Shown here: piece after piece, positions 49,617-61,578 of the stretch | Numbering within the stretch: the first letter of the stretch is position 1 | Layout: every line of letters begins with the position of its first letter | NCBI RefSeq assembly: GCF_963676685.1 | Contig: NC_092357.1 | Span: 39,308,001 to 39,372,000, forward strand | Length of the DNA stretch: 64,000 nucleotides | Reading direction: 5' to 3' | Source of the DNA: Mytilus edulis | Lineage: Eukaryota | Notes under the pieces: model-generated | Seen by the model: only the letters and a program-made list of their open reading frames with translations | Database searches by the model: none | Told to the model about the DNA's origin: nothing | Program-made: the position numbers and the translations under genes

Positions 49617-51104
49617 ATGGCGGACAGTACACTTTTTGAATTGTGCAAGAACTGTGAGAATCATACAGATTAAAATATTGTACTGTACTGCTGTCAACAT
49701 GACAAGCTTATCTGCGATTCATGTCTTCCGGTATCACATCAGAATTGCAAGTCTATCATTCCAATTGAAAAAGCTGCTAAAGGCGTGAAAGATGGCGCCG
49801 CTATTTCTGATCTAGAGGGAAGGATTTCCAACCTATGTCAAGTTACAGAGAACATACGTAGTAAAAGGGAGACAACACTTGTAGATTTAGAAAAAAATCG
49901 AAATAAAATCAAGAAAAGGGTGTCGGAAATCAAGCAGAATATTATTGCTCATTTAGATAGGTTAGAAGCGGAGATGCATAAAGACATTGATTCTAAGTAT
50001 ATAATATGTACTGAGATGGTGTCACGAAACAGAAATGACATCCAATCCAGCTTAGACTCCCTGTTTAAATGGGAAAGTGATCTTAAATCACTGAAGCAAC
50101 ATACATCAGAAATCTATTTATTCAAAGTAGTAAAATTTTTAGATGCAAAAACTTACCAGAAAGAATTAGAAATCAGAGAAATCCAAACAGCTACTGTTCC
50201 GATACTTACATATCATCCGTCAGAATCCGAGTCGAACATTACGAAATTAATCCAAGACCTAGGTAGAATTGCGATAGAAAATGTGCAAATCCAAATGCCT
50301 TTACTAGATATTGATCAACAAGGCCAATTTCTCGTTTGGGACGAAAGAAAGTTATCACTGAAACATTCATTCCCCAGCACGAAATTAAGAAATAAAGTAC
50401 GTATCAACAAAGGATGCTTTATTCCTGGTGATAGGTTACTTCTCTGTCAAGACTTGGGCAAACAACTTTTTGTTTGTGCACTTGATGGATCAAACACCAA
50501 CATTATTTATTTAGACCATAAAGCACAAAACATAACCTTAAATAACAAAAACCATGCTGTAGTATCTGTTGGTGATGCAGGTATCCAGATCATAGACCTC
50601 ACGTCATTGAAGCCTGGAAAGATTATTCCAGTTGACGGATGCTGTTTTGGAATCGCCTGTGTAAAGGACAAGATCTGGGTAAACAATCGAAAATGTACTC
50701 TAACTATTATGGATATCAATGGTAAAATTCTTCAAAAAATAAAAACTACATTTGATCCACAAGAAATCTGTGCCAATCAAGATGGTGATATCTATTGTAC
50801 TGACAACAATAGTGAGAAACTATACGTTGTAACATCGGATGGAATAGAACGTGAGATATACAACAGTCCTGACCTGATCTGTACTGTTGGTGTAGCTGTA
50901 GATGACCGCGGTGATGTGTATGTAGCTGGATGTTCAGCGGACAACATACATAGAATATCTAATGATGGACAGAAACATGACATTGTATTGACAGCACAAG
51001 ATGGTATCAATGGACCGAGTGGTTTATCTTACAACACTGACACAAGAGAACTATTAGTCTTTAACGACTTTAAAAAATCTGTCAATGTTTTTCAAACACA
51101 ATGA
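49617..51104 (+). pseudogene. RING-less TRIM-like protein, copy 4: in-frame loss of B-box 1 and premature stop
   Basis: MADSTLFELCKNCENHTD* with TAA at 49671 (CAA in paralogs). 54 codons are missing relative to copy 2. The rest is open in the same frame to 51104. Confidence 0.85.
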
Positions 51105-52874
51105 ACACTGGCTAATGGACACTTATTTTTAATGTAGGCATTGGTGATAAGCCCAAAAATAGGACAATAAGTTTTTATACATGTTATATCTTAAAATAAA
51201 ATGGATTTATATTACTTGATTTTTAAATACTGCTTGAAACTTTTTCAGATTCAGCTTTATACTTACAAGCTATATCAAACTATATATTGGACTACATTGA
51301 AAGCGATCAAATAACTATTGAAATCTGTAGTATAAAAGAATGTGATACCCTTTAACTAAATTATGACGAATTAAAAAAAAAAACAGAAAAATATATTATA
51401 TGTTATTGTACTAGTTACTGAGTGTTCAATCTTACACACAGAACAAGAACACTATATCGGATGTGTATGCTTATGTCGGTTACACATTCTATTTCGGTTC
51501 ATGAAAGACCAACATTTTGAGTCAGTAATTTGGGACCTATATAATTAGACCAAATGTTTAAATCCTAAAATACCTGGATGTTTCCTCATGGAATATGTTC
51601 TGGTTAACATAGAACCAGTTGTTGCAAATAGAGATAATAGGCTGATATTTCAAAACAAATCTATTTCTCTATTATTTCATCTATATAGTGGAAAGTAATG
51701 TATAGCTGATCGAATGGCTTTCAACATGTGTATATTCAGCCATAAATGACCCGACATGAAAAGTAAAAACCATTTATTCTACAAAAATAACAGCCTTAGT
51801 TATAACATTTCAGTTAGGTAAAACAAATATGAGGGACATAGATTAACGACAACCACTTATTTGAACGATGCTGACGTAGGAATGATACGTTGATAGGTAT
51901 ATTTATTTGCAAAAAGAAGTCAAGAGATACAGCTAGTTAGATATGTGTCGAGCTCGTTTTGACGATTTAAATTATGGTAGGGATCTGCAATCTGAAACAG
52001 AGAAACACATCGTCTTTCATTAGAGCGCCTTTGGTAATTTTACTTCATGCAGACTGCCCATCTGGATTACAAAATTATAAACGTTTCATCGTTAATGAGT
52101 CTTTGCAAATGTTATGAAATTATAAAACCTCGTATTATTAATTCACACATATATTGAATTTGATGATAAAATTTCAAATGGAATTGACTCGAACTTTAAA
52201 ATACGTTAAAATGGTTGTTACCATGTTTTTCATAAATTTGCCATCCAAGGCCTGTGAGAACTGATATATAATCCAAGGTTATTTTCAGTCTAAGGAAGAC
52301 TTTATTTTAATCGTCTCGATATTGTACTTATATACGATATTTCGTTCATCAAGAATTCTAAAACCCAAACATTTAAAAGCAGACGATCTTTTCAAAGATA
52401 ACGTCTTTTCAAAAAGACATCGATCAAAAACAACACTGTAAATTGATGTTCATCTAATAAAAATACAAATAGTTCCCAATGATCATTCAAAATATTGTGT
52501 GATTATTTGCTATTTTAAAGAACAATAGTAGTACCACAACATTTAGAAAGATGACTACCGCAGCAAACATTGTAAGTTGTAGTAGTGATTTATTTTCGGT
52601 CTGTAGAATAAGTAAAACAACAAAATTACCAAACTCTGAGGAAAATCAAAACGGAAATTTTGTACTAATCAAATGACATTGTCAAATACACTTACACATC
52701 ACACGAATAGACAATAAATGTCATAATTCTGACTTGGTACAGGATGTATTTATTATGTAGAAATTGGTAGATTAAACCTTGATTTGAAGCTACCTTAACC
52801 TCTCACATGTTAGACAGTCGCATAAAATCCAATTATATTGACAACGATTTGTGAACAAAACAATTTGTAAATAA

Positions 52875-53285
52875 TCCTCCTACTTTAACCATTCTAGAAA
52901 TCACTGGTAAAAAAATACAAAACAACTTTGATATAAGGGAAACATTGCCAATCAAGATGGTGTTGTGTATTGTACTAACTTTGAAAGCGATAAAGTATAT
53001 GTTATTACATCAGATGGGGAAAAACGTGAGATATACATCAGTCCTGACATGAAACACTCTATTGGTGTAGCTGTAGATGACCGTGGTGATGTGTTTGTAG
53101 CAGGGATAGAATCAAACAATATACAGAGAATATCTAATGATTGACAGAAAAATGATATTGTCTTGAGAGCAGACGATGGTATATATAGGCCGAGTGGTTT
53201 ATCTTACAACTGTTACAATGATACAAAAGAACTGTTAGTCGTAAACGACTCTTATAAATCTATCAAAATTTATAAAACACAACGA
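52875..53285 (+). pseudogene. TRIM-like copy 5, 3' fragment (last propeller blades)
   Basis: ANQDGVVYCTNFESDKVYVITSDGEKREIYISPDMKHSIGVAVDDRGDVFVAG...ND*QK...KELLVVNDSYKSIKIYKTQ. The downstream flank matches that of copy 1. Confidence 0.85.
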
Positions 53286-56101
53286 ACATAAAAATGACTG
53301 TAAGAATTGGCCCTTACTCTGAGATGAAAAACATAATATTTTAAGTAAATATTGAAATATATGGATTATCTATAACTGTTGCCTAAACTTTTAAATTTAA
53401 TCGAGTTATCAAATGTTGCCCTTATCCAAGAAGAAATTTATACTGACAAGTTGAATAATACTGAAAATAATCCAGTAATATTTTATAAAAGTGACTATAT
53501 TTAATTATGCAGTATAGTTAATATGTCACCTTTTTACTAACATATGACGAATTCAAGAATCTAAATAAATATTTTGATACTTGTTGTAAGATATTTTTTA
53601 AACTTGCACACAGAGCAAAAGAAGGCCACTATAACGGATAGTTTTGCATATATCGGTCATTCATTTAATGTCAGTTCATGAAAGAACAGAATTATGAGTC
53701 AATTATTTGGGACTTTTAAAAAAAATACTTGAATGTTTTTTTTTAACTAATTTTATTTGTTTTTATGTCAAAAGGCCATTCCTATTTTTTGTCCATTTGA
53801 TGAGTAAAGCCTTTTTCAACTGATTTTTATAGTTTGTTCTTATGTTGTACTGTTATACCACTGTCCCAGGTTAGGGGAGGGTTGGGATCCCGCTAACGTG
53901 TTTAACCCCGCCACATTATTTATGTATGTGCCTGTCCCAAGTCAGAAGCCTGTAATTCAGTGGTTGTGGTTTGTTTATGTGTTACATATTTGTTTTTCGT
54001 TCATTTTTTTTACATAAATAAGACCGTTAGTTTTCTCGTTTGAATTGTTTTACATTGTCTTATCTGGGCCTTTTATAGCGGACTATGCGGTATGGGCTTT
54101 GCCCATTGTTGAAGGCCGTACGGTGACCTATAGTTGTTAATGTCTGTGTCATTTTGGTCTTTTGTGAATAGTTGTCTCATTGGCAATCATACCACATCGT
54201 CTTTTTTATATTAAGAACGTTTATCTTGTATGAATTTTGCACATATCCTTTAACACAGCAAGTTTTGCACCTGTTACTGTATGAAAATCCGGTTAGCGTA
54301 ATAATTTAGTTAATAGGAAACCGTCATTATGACAATGTAACTAGTGATAACGACTGAGTAATTCGTTATAACGACTTGGTAACTTCATATGGCCACTTAC
54401 TAGCTAGCTATTATGACAAAGTAAAAGTATTTATTGATACTTGGTCATTCAATTAACGACTAAGTTACTCATTTTAACGGATTTTAAGTAGCTTTAAGAA
54501 ACTGCAAACTCTCTAAAACGTTCGTTTTATTTTTTTCTGTTGATACAGTTTGTAATGCTTATTTGTCAATTTTTACTCATTTATTTTGTTATGTCTCGTC
54601 TCACTTTTTTTAATATGTACCACCTTAATATTTTTTCTATTCTATACAGGTATTTAAATCCGATATGTATCGGAGTACTCCCACTTAGAATATAGGTTTA
54701 ACACTAGTGAGGTGGTTGTTAAGGTTTAAAAGTGTTATATTTTATCACGAAAAAAAAATTCAAGTTTGTTCTCATACTTAAACAAATTCATTTATTTTAT
54801 AAAATAAAAGTATTACCATGTTTTATGTACTTCTTACAACAAAATTATTATATTCACCTAATGTACTTTTATTTATTTAACGCCATTTTCTAAGGATATA
54901 ATTATCTTTCTGATATTGTTTTTATTGCTTTGTTTTTAATTACCATTGCATTTATATTATGTCGTAGATCAAACGTATTCGTTCAGTGTATGTTTACTTG
55001 TTTTTGTTAATATGTGTTCCGATTGAGTTAACAAAGCCATTTCAATTGATATTTTAGGGATTTTGTACTATACAGCAATGTTAAACCACTAATTCGGGTA
55101 ATTGTGAAGGTTGACACCTGTTTATAACGATTAAACCTGTTATATTTGTTTGCACCTGTCCTATGTCAAGTATATGATGTTCAGTGGTTGTCGTTTGTTG
55201 ATGTAGTTCATTGGAGTTTATCGTTTCTTGATGTGGTTCATTGGAGTTTATCGTTTCTTGTTTTTCAAGTCGATTAGACCATTTGTTTTATGTTTGATGG
55301 TTTTGCACTTGTCATTTTGGGGTCCTTTTATATCTTGCTGTTCGGTGTGAGCCAATGTTCCGTATTGAAGGCCGTATCTATAATCATTATGGTTTAATTT
55401 TTACTAATTGGGACTTGCATGGAGAGTTATATCATTGGCAATCCTATCACATCTTTTTATATCTACTTGATAGATATTGATGAAACTTAACACTAGTTTC
55501 CTAGAATATAAATGTACTTAAATTAATGTCGTCCCTTTCTTAAAAGATGAAAGGGTTTCTGTGTCCTGAAACACATGAAAATATCGGTATCTAAAATATA
55601 CTACATTCTGCTATATAGTAATATTATCATTGTTGAGAGTTGTAGCTGCATTCTTTGATCTTATTCACCGTGTCATGAGTGTTTTTATTTGACATGTTTG
55701 ACGTTTAATAGAATACGTAAATAAAGGTAACGGTAATTAACACTATTCGAAAGTGATAAATCGATTGAGAAAAAAACCAAATCCCGGTTACAAACTGAAA
55801 CCGGGGGTAACACATCAACTATTAGGAAACATTTCGGTTTGACTTTCATTTATCTAACACAGATAAATTGTTTCCAGCTACCAAAGTCATAGTTAATCTA
55901 TGACTTATTTGGCTCTTATTCAGGTTTCGTTTATTATATAGCTAGTTACGTTTTTTACGTAATTACACATCACTTACTTTGAAATATTTAGGTTAGAACG
56001 TTCCTGGTGAAGGTTAATCCAGAAAGATGCTTCAGAAGCAAGAAACTACTGTAATTTTCATTTATTGATATTTCTCTTATACAATTTACATATAGATAAA
56101 T

Positions 56102-57069
56102 TTAAACACTACTACAGTCTTTCCATGGATACTCTGCTCCATACTCACAAACGAATTGAAGAAATATATCTCGATAATTACTTGTAGGCTTGTTTCCATC
56201 AAAGTTGTACGTATATCTGTACCTGACTGCTTCGGCAATGTCGTCACCATACATCTGGGGTTCTTCTTTCGTCACTTTGATAACACCGGAACACTTTTTA
56301 TAAAATAGTGTTTTGGACGATCTGTCTATACACCGTGGCTGACAGACATGGCCGTGAAGATCATAAACACTCACATAAGATGTTGCAGATCCACTCCGAG
56401 GATTTTTAACACCAACATAAGCGACTGTTTCGTATACCATCTGCCGTGTATCGATGATACCATAATCGATGTATCGACCTTTGTATGATATACCATCGGA
56501 TTGTACGAAAAATTTGGTTGCTCCAGATTGAGAATCGGAAACCCGTCTTTTGTCTACTCCTGGTTTAAAATAATCCCATAATTTTGAGGTTTTGTCGTTT
56601 GAATAAATATCATTGTTGTCATCTATACTACCATTTCGTACAGGATTGCAACCGAAATGTTGTCCCATCGGTCTGATATACATCAACATGACTGGAATGA
56701 AGGCCCATTGACTTACATCAGCTTCTCCATCAATCACAAAATTGTTCTGATATGAACTGTCCATAACAGATTTATACTCGTCATTTTCGTATTCTACGTC
56801 ACGTTTTTTTCTTCTCCCAAAGGGTGATGACGAACTACGCAAAATTGGTATACATCGTCCAGATGAGCATCTCAAAAATTCAGGACTTTGGCAGTCAGAG
56901 TTACGTGTGCACGTGATTTCTCCAGGAGATGGCGCATAATTGGTTATTCTTTCATCGAAAATTTTAAGATATCCCATGCTATTTGAGAATTCATTTAAAT
57001 TACCCATTGCTCGGTTCGGCTGATGGAATATATCAGCAGTAACTGGATAATCAAATTCGAAATCATTAC
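56102..57069 (-). CDS. Tyrosinase (type-3 copper protein), terminal exon
   Basis: Acceptor tttcag at 57070, phase 1. Encodes a Cys-rich module CTRNSDCQSPEFLRCSSGRC, RRKKR, and a C-terminal domain; stop TAA. Confidence 0.9.
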
Positions 57070-57567
57070 CTGAAATATAGACATTTTAATGAAATTGAGC
57101 GTGAATTATGATCAAAGACATACGACAAATTGTATATTTCTATGTTAAAATCGAAACAATTTTGGTTAAGAATGATTTCGAATTAGTCTTGAAACAAGTA
57201 AATGTTTTTTTTTATTATAAACATCTTGGTTTGCAAACACAATGAACACAGAACACACATTCATTTAAAAGACAAAAACACATATCAGTATTCCAAAGTC
57301 CGTTAATGAGTAAGATCTTATAAAAGTTGGAAATGATTTATAAACCGCATCTATAAAGTGTATCATTTAAACGTATTTATGTAATATATTCAAATTCAAC
57401 TATTGTTTCATTTTCCCGATATTTTACCTTTTATTGAACTTATATACATTTTAGGGCCTTTGACTTTACATGTTCAATAACGCACTGTTTACATTCTTAA
57501 TTTTTGAGCTTTTTTAATGTTAACCTGATGTAATTTTTCATTTATGATTGACTCCAATTAAACTTAC

Positions 57568-58034
57568 CTATAACAGATTTTGCATTGTCTCTGAAATCTT
57601 GCCAGACTTTGTCTACATAACAGTGATGCAAGTAAAACACCGGGTCATTTGGAGAAACATCAATATCGTTCATCGTGCCACCAATAGTGGCGTGTGCATA
57701 ATTGTGACACGCCTCTAAGTTACGATTAGTACCAGCCAATGGTTCCAATATTCTAGAGTTTCTGCTTTCACGTATTATGTTTCTGTAACAATCTGCTGGA
57801 AAGTAGTCTCTTCCTGACCCGCCATTTCTTGTGAGTGGGACATACCGTCGGTCCTGTGTTTGATATCGCCAGTTCGCAAATGGTCCCACCCTAACCTGGC
57901 CCCCGTCAATATTACCAATACCCTCAGCAGACCATAAATTGGACATCCATGGATTCGGTAAACTGTTTTCCATTGTGGTGTCGATATAGGGCAGGGTAAC
58001 CATTCGATCAAAACGTCGTAGTGCTTGTTCAAAT
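57568..58034 (-). CDS. Tyrosinase, CuB exon
   Basis: FEQALRRFD..VTLPYID, GPFANW, HNYAH...PNDPVFYLHHCYVD. Canonical AG/GT boundaries with phases consistent with both neighbouring exons. Confidence 0.93.
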
Positions 58035-58253
58035 CTGTAAAATATTTACCAACAGTTTTGTAAATAGTGACGTCAAAACAAGACGAGAGAGAGTAGCGAT
58101 TGTACTTTGTTTCAGATTCTCAAATATTTAACCTCATGAATCACTGAAGAGATATTAGTTGTCGAATCGTGCACCTGGTGTAGTAATAAAAATGCATAAC
58201 GGTTTTTTTTTATTAATTTACAAGGTAATTACTTCGAATCACGGTGCGGAGCT

Positions 58254-58700
58254 ATAGGGGTACATTCAGTAAATAAATATACGTAATCAGGGACCGCCCA
58301 TTTTGGGGAGAGCTTTCTGTAAAAATAACTGTGCTCTACTGATTGGTAGATACTGTTTTTAATAAATATTTTTTGAATCTGGATCAAAACCAGAGCTAAA
58401 CAAAATGCTGAATGTACTATTTTTTTTAACTACTGGGTTAAAAAGAAATGGGGGTCAGTAAAGGAATTAAGTGCGAATCTACAGTGTTTGTAAACAAGGC
58501 CATGTGAATGCCTAAAAATGCCGCATGACCCTATATATATGTTTTATCATTGCAAAAGATAGGGCTATATTTGTACTTTCATGAATGATATGTGGGTTAT
58601 GAAATCTTCTAATTTCTAGAGATAAATCAGGTATAAATTTGATTCAAGACATAGATTAGCATTAAAGTCAATGGATTTTTTTTACTGAATTCGCCCCTAT
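58254..58700. mobile_element. MITE in tyrosinase intron (superfamily unassigned)
   Basis: TIRs ATAGGGGTACATTCAGTAAA / TTTACTGAATTCGCCCCTAT. Confidence 0.65.
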
Positions 58701-59869
58701 TAGTTTCAGTCATCTTGAATTTATTACTTTTCTCATACATGTATAGATTACGATTGGTTGTATTGTGATGCGGCTGAGATACAACAACAGCTATTAGCTT
58801 AAATGAGATAAAGAATTACGGACTTGTTCTCGTCCAAGATAAGAATCAAATGCCTGAAAATTAACTATGTGTATTTCAGTTCCGGTCAACTGTCATTATT
58901 TCATGTTTGTTTTATTATGCATTATATTTCACAGATAAATACAATATTGAAATACCAAATATTGAAACGTGTTTATTTGCTTTGTTACTCTGCAATATAC
59001 ACGATTTGCTTTGCTTAACAATGTTCTTATACAATGTCTACAAAAATGCAATATCTATATTTTATAACTTCTGACAATCTAACACACCTCCAGAGAGGCC
59101 CACCTCAAGAGTCATGTCTATGTGTAATTGTTTTAATTTTCAATAAGTAATTTAGTTTTTTTTTTAAAGCATGGGTGTATAATGCCCACTCTTATCGTAC
59201 ATCCATTTTATATCAATATCTAAAAATACCATATTTCCTATACTAAAGCAACCACATTCACACAAATAACCTTAAATTAGGATAGAGCGAAGCAGTCCAT
59301 AGATTTTTAGAAAGCTCAAACTCGTGAACCTTTTACAGTTGACTATGCGATATGGAATTTGCTCATTGATGAAAGTCGTATGGTTATCTGTTGTTGTTAA
59401 TTTCCGTGTAATTTAGTCTCTTGTGAAGAGTTGAATAATTGGCAATCATACCACATCGTCTTTTTTTAAGTTATTTGTTTTATTTTAATTTTGATATTAT
59501 CAGCAGTTAGTTCTAATGGGTGAAAAAAATTCTTATTAATTTTAATTTACATCACAACTCTCTGTCATTATTTGAAAGACAGCAAAAAAAAAGAAAATAT
59601 ATCTTCTGGAAATTCTGCATCGATGGACAAATTAAAACTTAGTTTTAAACTGTTACATGAGTATTCAGTTAAATTGTCATAATATAATCATGGTTTAGAT
59701 AAAGACGACATTTACACATACCAGTAGGTAGTCATTGAAAACTGGACACTGATAGGAGTTTTTTTTAGTCCTAGGCATTTCTTAATGATGTTTTGTCGTT
59801 TTCCTAAGTGATCACGAGTCTTACAGAAATTCTAGTCAAAGAGGCAAGGGGAAATTTCATTTACATCAA

Positions 59870-60270
59870 ATTCCCGTGAATATAAATTTATTTGATTTTC
59901 ACATGAAACTAGCAAATACGTGAAACTCACGTGAAATCTCGTTGTGTGACTTTAGTGAATTTCACGTGAAAATTGCAAGCATTTGGTTTCACTCATAAAA
60001 TAGAGTACATTGTAATTCAAATAATATCTAAATTTTCAAATTTAATCAAAATAATCAAAAACTCAATATTTTATTGTTTGATAATTTCATGTAAAAATTC
60101 TTTGAACAATTCGTAAATGAGATTTATGTGAAGCTTAATTCACGAGCAATTCACATGAAAAATGTTCACTTTCGTGTGAAGTATATATATATATATATAT
60201 GTTTGAGGTAAATCTGACGTGAATTCAATGTGTCTGACTGAGATTCATAATAAATTCACTTTTAGAAGTG
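59870..60270. repeat. Array of degenerate TTCACGTGAA palindromes, probably a TE subterminal region
   Basis: About ten variants, including exact TCACGTGA (59927, 59962) and TCACATGA (59899, 60151). Confidence 0.7.
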
Positions 60271-60310
60271 TTTACCCTAACGACAACGAACAAGTAAAGT
60301 AAAAACTTAC

Positions 60311-60423
60311 AAGAATAGAAAATATCTATGCCAACCTGGAAAGGCAACACCAAAATGAGCCGCGTTTAGAGCATTGGTGTTGTGAATACTTGCGAGCGCT
60401 TCGTATGAGTTTGTATTACCAAT
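60311..60423 (-). CDS. Tyrosinase, CuA exon (not in the ORF track)
   Basis: ttttag|IGNTNSYEALASIHNTNALNAAHFGVAFPGWHRYFLF(L)|gtaagt. 113 nt with three CuA His; the phase-2 end matches the next exon. Confidence 0.9.
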
Positions 60424-61254
60424 CTAAAATGAAAAATAAAACAAAATTGCGGTTGTGTCTGTATTTGGTTTAATAATCTGGCGTTATATATGATAAGTCT
60501 GGTACCTTTGATATTTTTTTTTATTAAGGTCGACTTTTTTTTACGTTTATGCTGTGTGGATCTACAACAACTGTCGATTACGACGAAAATGATGACTAAC
60601 ACAAACACAAAACAGTACACCATAGTCACCATTTTATTCCAGATTCCTGATGCCGAATGCTAGAGTGTAAAATTGTAATTGGGACCTACCCAAAATAATT
60701 AGAACTTTTATGAAAAAGACTATAAATGAAAACACAACTATATAATTTTCCTATAATAATTGAATGTTAGGAAAATTGACCAGAGTTATCTTACTTTAAT
60801 CACAGAGAGGGGAAAGCAAACAATTTTTAATTTAAGCCTAATTAACATTAAAACAATTTTCCATTAACAAATAAAGTTACCTTATTGAAATATAAGAGCT
60901 TTGTTAGCTAAATCTCTCAATTCTATTAGATATTATGATTTTTTATGACAATAGAGAAACATGCTACTATAAGTCATTGAGAAAGTCCAAACAACTGTCG
61001 ATTACGACGAAAATGATGACTAGAAGGCCCGTACATGTAACTTAAATATTAAAAATGAATCTTCAGGATATAACATTTTAAAAAATATAATTTAACTTTG
61101 TAATGTTTTTTTTTTTTTATTATTTTCCCGGTTTTGTACATTTTTGTACCAAATAACGACATAACAGTTAAATAATTTCTTTAAATAGATCTTGAATGAA
61201 GTTCATCAAGATTAATGTTTAAATTCGCACGTCCTTCTTGCCGTGGGATTAAAA

Positions 61255-61578
61255 TACCAATCAGAAACTCTTTAGTTTGACCCAGTTTTGTTCGAGCCGA
61301 TGACCTTCCGCAAGCGAGCCGATCAGCATTTGCTTTTTCTCCTTTGTGTCGCGTGCTTAGCTAAGAAGCAGCATATACCAATCAGAAATTCTTTGGTTTA
61401 CACGGTTTTGTTTGAGCCCCGTTTTGTTTGAGCCCAGGACATTCCGCAATCCAGTCAAGAAGTCTTCGTTCTTTCTCCTTTGTGCCACGTGCTTAGCGAA
61501 AAGCAGCAAATACCACTCAGAAAGTCTTTGGTTTGTCCCGGGCCTGTTTGAACCCATGACCTTCCGCCGCACTCGAGG
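61255..61578 (-). repeat. Three head-to-tail fragments of a tRNA-derived SINE
   Basis: ~120-135-bp period. The minus strand has a B-box-like GGTTCAAAC/GGCTCGAAC followed by CCAAAGA...TGGTAT.TGCTGCTT...GCTAAGCACG. Confidence 0.55.

Larger units (their letters stand above)
52875..57900. repeat. Segmental duplicate of ~7880-12570 (TRIM 3' end, spacer, tyrosinase 3' exons)
   Basis: Collinear similarity across the whole intergenic spacer and the tyrosinase exons and intron. Confidence 0.85.

Noticed and set aside
7642-51010. Recurrent antisense ORFs inside TRIM-like genes (7642, 8011, 27097, 43337, 43667, 50507, 50792)
   Set aside because: Shadow frames of the paralogous sense CDS, with inconsistent starts and stops.
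61255-61578. CRISPR-like array or tRNA genes
   Set aside because: The units are long degenerate SINE fragments without unique spacers or a full cloverleaf, in a eukaryotic context with no cas genes.
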